This document shows positions 59,083-64,000 of a stretch of 64,000 nucleotides of DNA, in pieces; within the stretch, counting starts at the first letter, position 1, and every line of letters begins with the position of its first letter. Under the pieces are notes generated by a model. It saw only the letters and a program-made list of their open reading frames with translations, made no database searches and was not told where the DNA came from. This stretch comes from Rhodobacterales bacterium (GTDB taxonomy: Bacteria > Pseudomonadota > Alphaproteobacteria > Rhodobacterales > Rhodobacteraceae). The translations under genes and the position numbers were made by a program. Location: assembly GCA_009993005.1 (NCBI GenBank), contig JAACUH010000067.1:6848-70847 (forward strand). The letters run 5' to 3'.

Positions 59083-60648
59083 ATGAAGCTCACCGTCTGG
59101 ACATACGAGGGCCCGCCCCATGTCGGCGCCATGCGCGTCGCCACCGCGATGAAGGGGCTGCATTACGTCCTGCACGCGCCGCAGGGCGACACCTATGCCG
59201 ACCTCCTGTTCACCATGATCGAGCGGCGCAACCACCGCCCGCCCGTCACCTACACCACCTTCCAGGCGCGCGACCTCGGCGCCGACACGGCGCTCTTGTT
59301 CAAGGAGGCCTGCCGCGACGCGGTCGAACGCTTCGCCCCGCAGGCGATCATCGTGGGCGCCTCCTGCACGGCGGAACTGATCCAGGACGATCCCGCAGGT
59401 CTGGCCGAAACCATGGGCCTGTCGATCCCGGTGATCCCGCTCGAGCTTCCCTCCTACCAGCGCAAGGAAAACTACGGCGCGGACGAGACCTTCCTGCAGA
59501 TCGTGCGCCACCTTTCGCGCCCGCAGAACCGCACCGCGCGCGTGACCTGCAACATCCTCGGCGCCACCGCGCTGGGGTTCCGCCATCGCGACGATGTCGA
59601 GGAAATCACCGGCCTGCTGTCCGACCTCGGTGTCGAGGTGAATGTGGTGGCGCCGCTCGGGGCCACGCCAGCCGACATCGCCCGCCTGCCCGCGGCGCAT
59701 TTCAATGTGCTCCTTTACCCCGAGACCGCGGAAGCCGCCGCGCGCTGGCTGGAAAAGACCCATGGCCAGCCCTGGACGAAAACCGTCCCGCTCGGCGTCG
59801 GCGCGACCCGCGATTTCATTGCCGAAGTGCAGGCGATCACCGGGCTTGCGGCCACGGCCGATGAAGGCCGCCTGCGCCAGCCCTGGTGGAGCCGGTCGGT
59901 GGACAGCACCTATCTGACCGGCAAGCGGGTGTTCCTCTTTGGCGACGGCACCCATGTCATCGCCGCCGCGCGGATCGCGCGCGACGAGATGGGCTTCGAG
60001 GTCGCGGGGCTGGGCTGCTACAACCGCGAGATGGCGCGGCCGGTGCGGGCCCTGGCCAAGGCGATGGGCCTCGAGGCGCTGATCACCGACGACTACCTGG
60101 AGGTCGAGGCGGCGATTGCCGCTCTTGCCCCGGAGATGATCCTCGGCACCCAGATGGAGCGGCATATCGGCAAGCGGCTGGGCATCCCCTGTGCCGTGAT
60201 CTCTGCTCCGGTGCATGTGCAGGATTTCCCCGCGCGCTACAGCCCGCAGATGGGGTTCGAAGGCGCGAATGTGATCTTTGACACCTGGATCCATCCGCTG
60301 GTGATGGGGCTCGAGGAACATCTGCTGACCATGTTCCGCGACGATTTCGAGTTCCACGACGAGGCGGGTGCGTCGCATCACGGGGGCTCTGCCCCCCGCC
60401 GGCCTGCGGCCGACGTCCCCCGGGATATTTCGGGCCAAAAGATGGACGCGCCGGAGCCTGCGGTCGTGGCCGTTGCGACAGCAGACAATATCGTCTGGCT
60501 GGGCGATGCAGAGCGCGAGTTGAAGAAGATCCCGTTCTTTGTGCGCGGCAAGGCGCGGCGCAATACCGAAAGCTATGCGGCGGCGAAAGGGCTGAGCCAG
60601 ATCAGCATCGACACGCTTTACGAGGCAAAGGCCCATTATGCGCGATAG
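59083..60648 (+). CDS. bchB: Light-independent protochlorophyllide reductase subunit B
   Basis: [32 protein letters not shown]-terminal PCP_red domain [15 protein letters not shown]. Confidence 0.98.
   Translation: MKLTVWTYEGPPHVGAMRVATAMKGLHYVLHAPQGDTYADLLFTMIERRNHRPPVTYTTFQARDLGADTALLFKEACRDAVERFAPQAIIVGASCTAELIQDDPAGLAETMGLSIPVIPLELPSYQRKENYGADETFLQIVRHLSRPQNRTARVTCNILGATALGFRHRDDVEEITGLLSDLGVEVNVVAPLGATPADIARLPAAHFNVLLYPETAEAAARWLEKTHGQPWTKTVPLGVGATRDFIAEVQAITGLAATADEGRLRQPWWSRSVDSTYLTGKRVFLFGDGTHVIAAARIARDEMGFEVAGLGCYNREMARPVRALAKAMGLEALITDDYLEVEAAIAALAPEMILGTQMERHIGKRLGIPCAVISAPVHVQDFPARYSPQMGFEGANVIFDTWIHPLVMGLEEHLLTMFRDDFEFHDEAGASHHGGSAPRRPAADVPRDISGQKMDAPEPAVVAVATADNIVWLGDAERELKKIPFFVRGKARRNTESYAAAKGLSQISIDTLYEAKAHYAR
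60382..60446 (+). repeat. Dispersed palindromic repeat, copy E, translated inside bchB
   Basis: GGGGGCTCTGCCCCC-CGCCGGCC-TGC-GGCCGACG-TCCCCCGGGATATTTCGGGCCAAAAGATGGA; last 35 nt identical to 41989-42023. Confidence 0.9.
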
Positions 60649-63600
60649 CAGCGATCAGGGCGCGTTCCGTTTCGTGGTGATCACGCTGGACAGCCATGCG
60701 GCCGGCCCGGCGCTGCGGGTGCGGGCGCGGCTGGCGGCGGATTATCCGGGGCTCGAGGTGGCGATCCATGCGGCGGCGGAATGGGGCGAGAACCCGGCCG
60801 CGCTGGCCAACGCGCGCCAGGATATCGCGCGGGCCAATATCATCGTCACCAACCTGCTGTTCCTCGAAGAGCATACCGCCGCGATCATGCCGGACCTGCT
60901 GGCGCGGCGCGATCATTGCGATGCGATGGTCAACCTGATTTCGGACCAGTCCATCGTGCGGCTCACCCGGATGGGCGATCTCGACATGACGCGGCCGGCG
61001 TCGGGGGCGATGAAGCTCCTGAAATCGCTCAAGCCGTCCAAGGGCAGTTCGGCGAGTGGTGCCAAGACGATGAAGGCGCTGCGCACGCTGCCCAAGCTGT
61101 TGCGGCTCATTCCCGGCAAGGCGCAGGATCTGCGCGCCTGGTTCCTGTCGATGCAATACTGGCTGGGCGGGTCGGACGACAATATCGAACAGATGATCCG
61201 GTTCCTGCTGGCGCGCTATGCAGAGCGCCCGGACTGGGCGCTGGTCAAGGCGAATGCGCCGATCGAATATCCCGAGGTGGGCGTCTATCACCCCGATCTG
61301 CCCGGCCATCACATCACCACCGACATTGCCGCGCTGCCGTCGCCTGTGGCACCTGTCGCGACGGTTGGTCTGTTGATGCTGCGGTCCTACATCCTGTCGT
61401 CGGACAATGCGCATTACAACGCGGTCATCCGCGCCTTTGAGGCCAAGGGGATGCGGGTCATTGCGGCCTTTGCCGGTGGGCTCGACGGGCGGCCGGCGGT
61501 GGAGGCCTATTTCAAGGGGCGGGTCGATGCGCTGGTGTCGCTGACCGGGTTCTCTCTGGTCGGCGGGCCGGCCTATAACGACAGTGAGGCGGCGGTGGCG
61601 ATGCTTGCGGACCTCGACGTGCCCTATATCGCCGCACATCCGCTCGAGTTCCAGACGCTGGGGCAATGGGCGGGGGCGGCGCAGGGGCTGGGGCCGATCG
61701 AGACGACGATGCTCGTGGCGCTGCCCGAGATCGACGGTGCGACCAACCCGACCGTCTATGCCGGGCGTCATGGGCCCGATGGCTGCACGGGCTGTGCTGC
61801 CGGATGTGCCGCGCAATCGGATTGCAAGGCGATGGCGCCCTGCCACGAGCGCATCGCGGTGCTGGCGGAAAAGACGCTGCGCCTCGCGCGGTTGCGGCAG
61901 TTGGGCAATGCCGACAAGAAGGTCGCGGTGGTGCTCTTCGGATTTCCGCCCAATGCGGGCGCGGTGGGCACGGCCGCCTATCTGAGCGTGTTCGAGAGCC
62001 TGCACAACACGCTGCGGCGGATGGCGGATGATGGCTACCGCGTCGATGTGCCCGCCACGGTCGATGATCTGCGCGCGGCGATCCTGCATGGCAATGCGCG
62101 CACCTATGGGCAGGAGGCCAATGTCGCGGCCCATGTCGATGCCGACACGATCGTGCGCGCCACGCCGCATCTGGCCGAGGTCGAGGCTGTCTGGGGCCCG
62201 GCGCCCGGCAAGATCCAGTCGGACGGGCGCGGCGTCTTTGTCCTGGGCCAGCAGTTCGGCAATGTGTTCGTGGGGGTGCAGCCGACCTTTGGCTATGAGG
62301 GCGACCCGATGCGCCTGCTATTCGAGCGCGGCTTTGCGCCGACGCATGCCTTTGTGCAGTTCTACCTGTGGCTGCGCAACAGCTTTGCCGCCGATGTGGT
62401 GCTGCATTTCGGGATGCATGGCGCGCTCGAGTTCATGCCGGGCAAGCAGGCGGGGATGGGGGCGGCGGACTGGCCGGACCGGCTGATCGGCGAGATGCCC
62501 AATGTCTATCTCTACGCCGCCAACAACCCCTCCGAGGCGTCGCTGGCCAAGCGGCGCAGCAATGCGGTGACGGTGACGCATCTGACGCCGCCGCTGGCTG
62601 CGGCCGGGCTCTACAAGGGGCTGGCGGACCTCAAGGACAGTCTGTCGCGCTGGCGGGTGATGGAGGCGGATGCGCATGGGCGCGCCGATCTGCTCGCGCT
62701 GATCCGCGATCAGGCGGCGGCGGTCGATCTGGCGGCGACCGACCCGGACAGGCTCTGGCTGGCCGTGCTCGAGACCGAAGGCTCGCTGATCCCCGATGGG
62801 CTGCATATCGTGGGGCGCCCGATGGCGGCGCAGGCGCGGGCCGAGATGCTGGCGCTGATGCCGCAGGCGAGCGATGCCGAGATGGCGCGGCTCGATGCGC
62901 TGCTGTCGCAGGATCATGAGCTTCCCGCGCTGATGCGGGCGCTGGGCGCGCGGTTCATCGCGCCAGTGCCGGGGGGCGACCTGATCCGGTCGCCGCAGAT
63001 CATGCCGACGGGGCGCAATATCCATGCCTTCGATCCGTTCCGCATGCCCACCGCGCATGCGCTGGCCGAGGGGATGCGGCAGGCCGATCTGCTGATCGCC
63101 ACGCATCAGAGCCTGCCGCGGTCGGTCGCGCTGGTGCTCTGGGGGTCGGACAACATCAAGTCGGACGGCACGCCGATTGCGCAGGCGCTGGCGCTGATGG
63201 GCGCGCGCCCGCGGTTTGACGGCTATGGAAGGCTCTCGGGCGCGGATCTGATCCCGCTGGCAGAGCTTGGCCGGCCGCGGGTCGATGTGGTGATGACGCT
63301 CTCGGGGATCTTTCGAGACCTGCTGCCGCTGCAAAGCCGGATGCTGGCCGAGGCCGCGCTGAAATGCGCGATGGCCGATGAGCCGGTCGCGCAGAACTTT
63401 GTGCGGGCCCATGCGCTCGCGCATATGGAGGCGATGGGCTGCGACATCGAGACGGCCGCGCTGCGGGTGTTCTCGAACGCCGAGGGTGCCTATGGCGCGA
63501 ATGTGAACGCGCTGGTGGACAGCTCTGCCTTTGGCGACGAGGACGAGCTCGCCGATGCCTATGAGGCGCGCAAGAGCTTTGCCTATGGCGTGAACGGCAA

Positions 63601-64000
63601 GGCGGTGGCGAGCCACGCGCTGTTGCAGCGCACGCTGGCGGATGTGGAGCTGGCCTATCAGAACCTCGAATCGGTCGAGCTGGGCGTGACCACGGTGGAC
63701 CATTACTTTGACACGCTCGGCGGGATCGCGCGGGCGGTGAAGCGGGCCAAGGGCGGCGTCGCGGCGCCTGTCTATATCGGCGACCAGACGCGCGGCGCGG
63801 CCAAGGTGCGCACGTTGCAGGCGCAGGTCGCTCTCGAGACGCGGGCGCGCAGCCTGAACCCCAAGTTCTATGAAGGGCTGCTGCGGCACGGCCATGAGGG
63901 CGTGCGCCAGATCGAGGCGCAGATCACCAATACGATGGGCTGGTCGGCCACGACCGGCGTGGTCGAGCCCTGGGTCTATCAGCGGCTGTCGGAGACCTTT
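60638..64000 (+). CDS. bchH: Magnesium chelatase subunit H, 3' end outside window
   Basis: Not in the ORF track because it has no stop in the window. [20 protein letters not shown].., [62 protein letters not shown]; the start frame reads [13 protein letters not shown] at the window end. Confidence 0.97.
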   Translation, partial: MRDSSDQGAFRFVVITLDSHAAGPALRVRARLAADYPGLEVAIHAAAEWGENPAALANARQDIARANIIVTNLLFLEEHTAAIMPDLLARRDHCDAMVNLISDQSIVRLTRMGDLDMTRPASGAMKLLKSLKPSKGSSASGAKTMKALRTLPKLLRLIPGKAQDLRAWFLSMQYWLGGSDDNIEQMIRFLLARYAERPDWALVKANAPIEYPEVGVYHPDLPGHHITTDIAALPSPVAPVATVGLLMLRSYILSSDNAHYNAVIRAFEAKGMRVIAAFAGGLDGRPAVEAYFKGRVDALVSLTGFSLVGGPAYNDSEAAVAMLADLDVPYIAAHPLEFQTLGQWAGAAQGLGPIETTMLVALPEIDGATNPTVYAGRHGPDGCTGCAAGCAAQSDCKAMAPCHERIAVLAEKTLRLARLRQLGNADKKVAVVLFGFPPNAGAVGTAAYLSVFESLHNTLRRMADDGYRVDVPATVDDLRAAILHGNARTYGQEANVAAHVDADTIVRATPHLAEVEAVWGPAPGKIQSDGRGVFVLGQQFGNVFVGVQPTFGYEGDPMRLLFERGFAPTHAFVQFYLWLRNSFAADVVLHFGMHGALEFMPGKQAGMGAADWPDRLIGEMPNVYLYAANNPSEASLAKRRSNAVTVTHLTPPLAAAGLYKGLADLKDSLSRWRVMEADAHGRADLLALIRDQAAAVDLAATDPDRLWLAVLETEGSLIPDGLHIVGRPMAAQARAEMLALMPQASDAEMARLDALLSQDHELPALMRALGARFIAPVPGGDLIRSPQIMPTGRNIHAFDPFRMPTAHALAEGMRQADLLIATHQSLPRSVALVLWGSDNIKSDGTPIAQALALMGARPRFDGYGRLSGADLIPLAELGRPRVDVVMTLSGIFRDLLPLQSRMLAEAALKCAMADEPVAQNFVRAHALAHMEAMGCDIETAALRVFSNAEGAYGANVNALVDSSAFGDEDELADAYEARKSFAYGVNGKAVASHALLQRTLADVELAYQNLESVELGVTTVDHYFDTLGGIARAVKRAKGGVAAPVYIGDQTRGAAKVRTLQAQVALETRARSLNPKFYEGLLRHGHEGVRQIEAQITNTMGWSATTGVVEPWVYQRLSETF

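Overview
High-GC alphaproteobacterial (Rhodobacteraceae-like) chromosome segment in two parts. (1) 1-26.6 kb: a partial M29 aminopeptidase, then a ~20 kb sugar-catabolism island. The island holds two sugar ABC transporters, two Gfo/Idh/MocA dehydrogenases, a TIM-barrel isomerase, an Rpe-like epimerase, a PfkB kinase, uxuA, an SDR, a ROK/P-loop kinase fusion, a LacD-type aldolase, FadR- and SorC-type regulators and one internally deleted pseudogene. It is followed by an AAA-ATPase/vWA gene pair, an HpcH aldolase and ilvD. (2) 26.6-64 kb: most of an anoxygenic photosynthesis gene cluster: bchO-D-I-crtA, crtI-B-tspO, crtC-D, crtE-F-bchC-X-Y-Z-pufQBALMX-dxs, idi-bchP-pucC-like-bchG-ppsR-ppaA and bchF-N-B-H (partial). 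Five pairs of PpsR boxes (TGT-N12-ACA) are present; pufX is present, while pufC, bchE and bchJ are absent from their usual positions. The most striking unexplained signal is a dispersed ~60-bp palindromic repeat family. Its copies are intergenic, translated in frame inside BchB and probably BchY (same peptide [13 protein letters not shown]), and form a 24-codon bridge ORF that keeps bchN and bchB coupled by ATGA overlaps. Other points of note: a C-terminally extended PufX, a ~390-bp crtD/crtC dual-coding overlap, and 12-bp tandem repeats at several gene ends. All calls come from reading the sequence and recalling protein-family motifs; no database searches were run.
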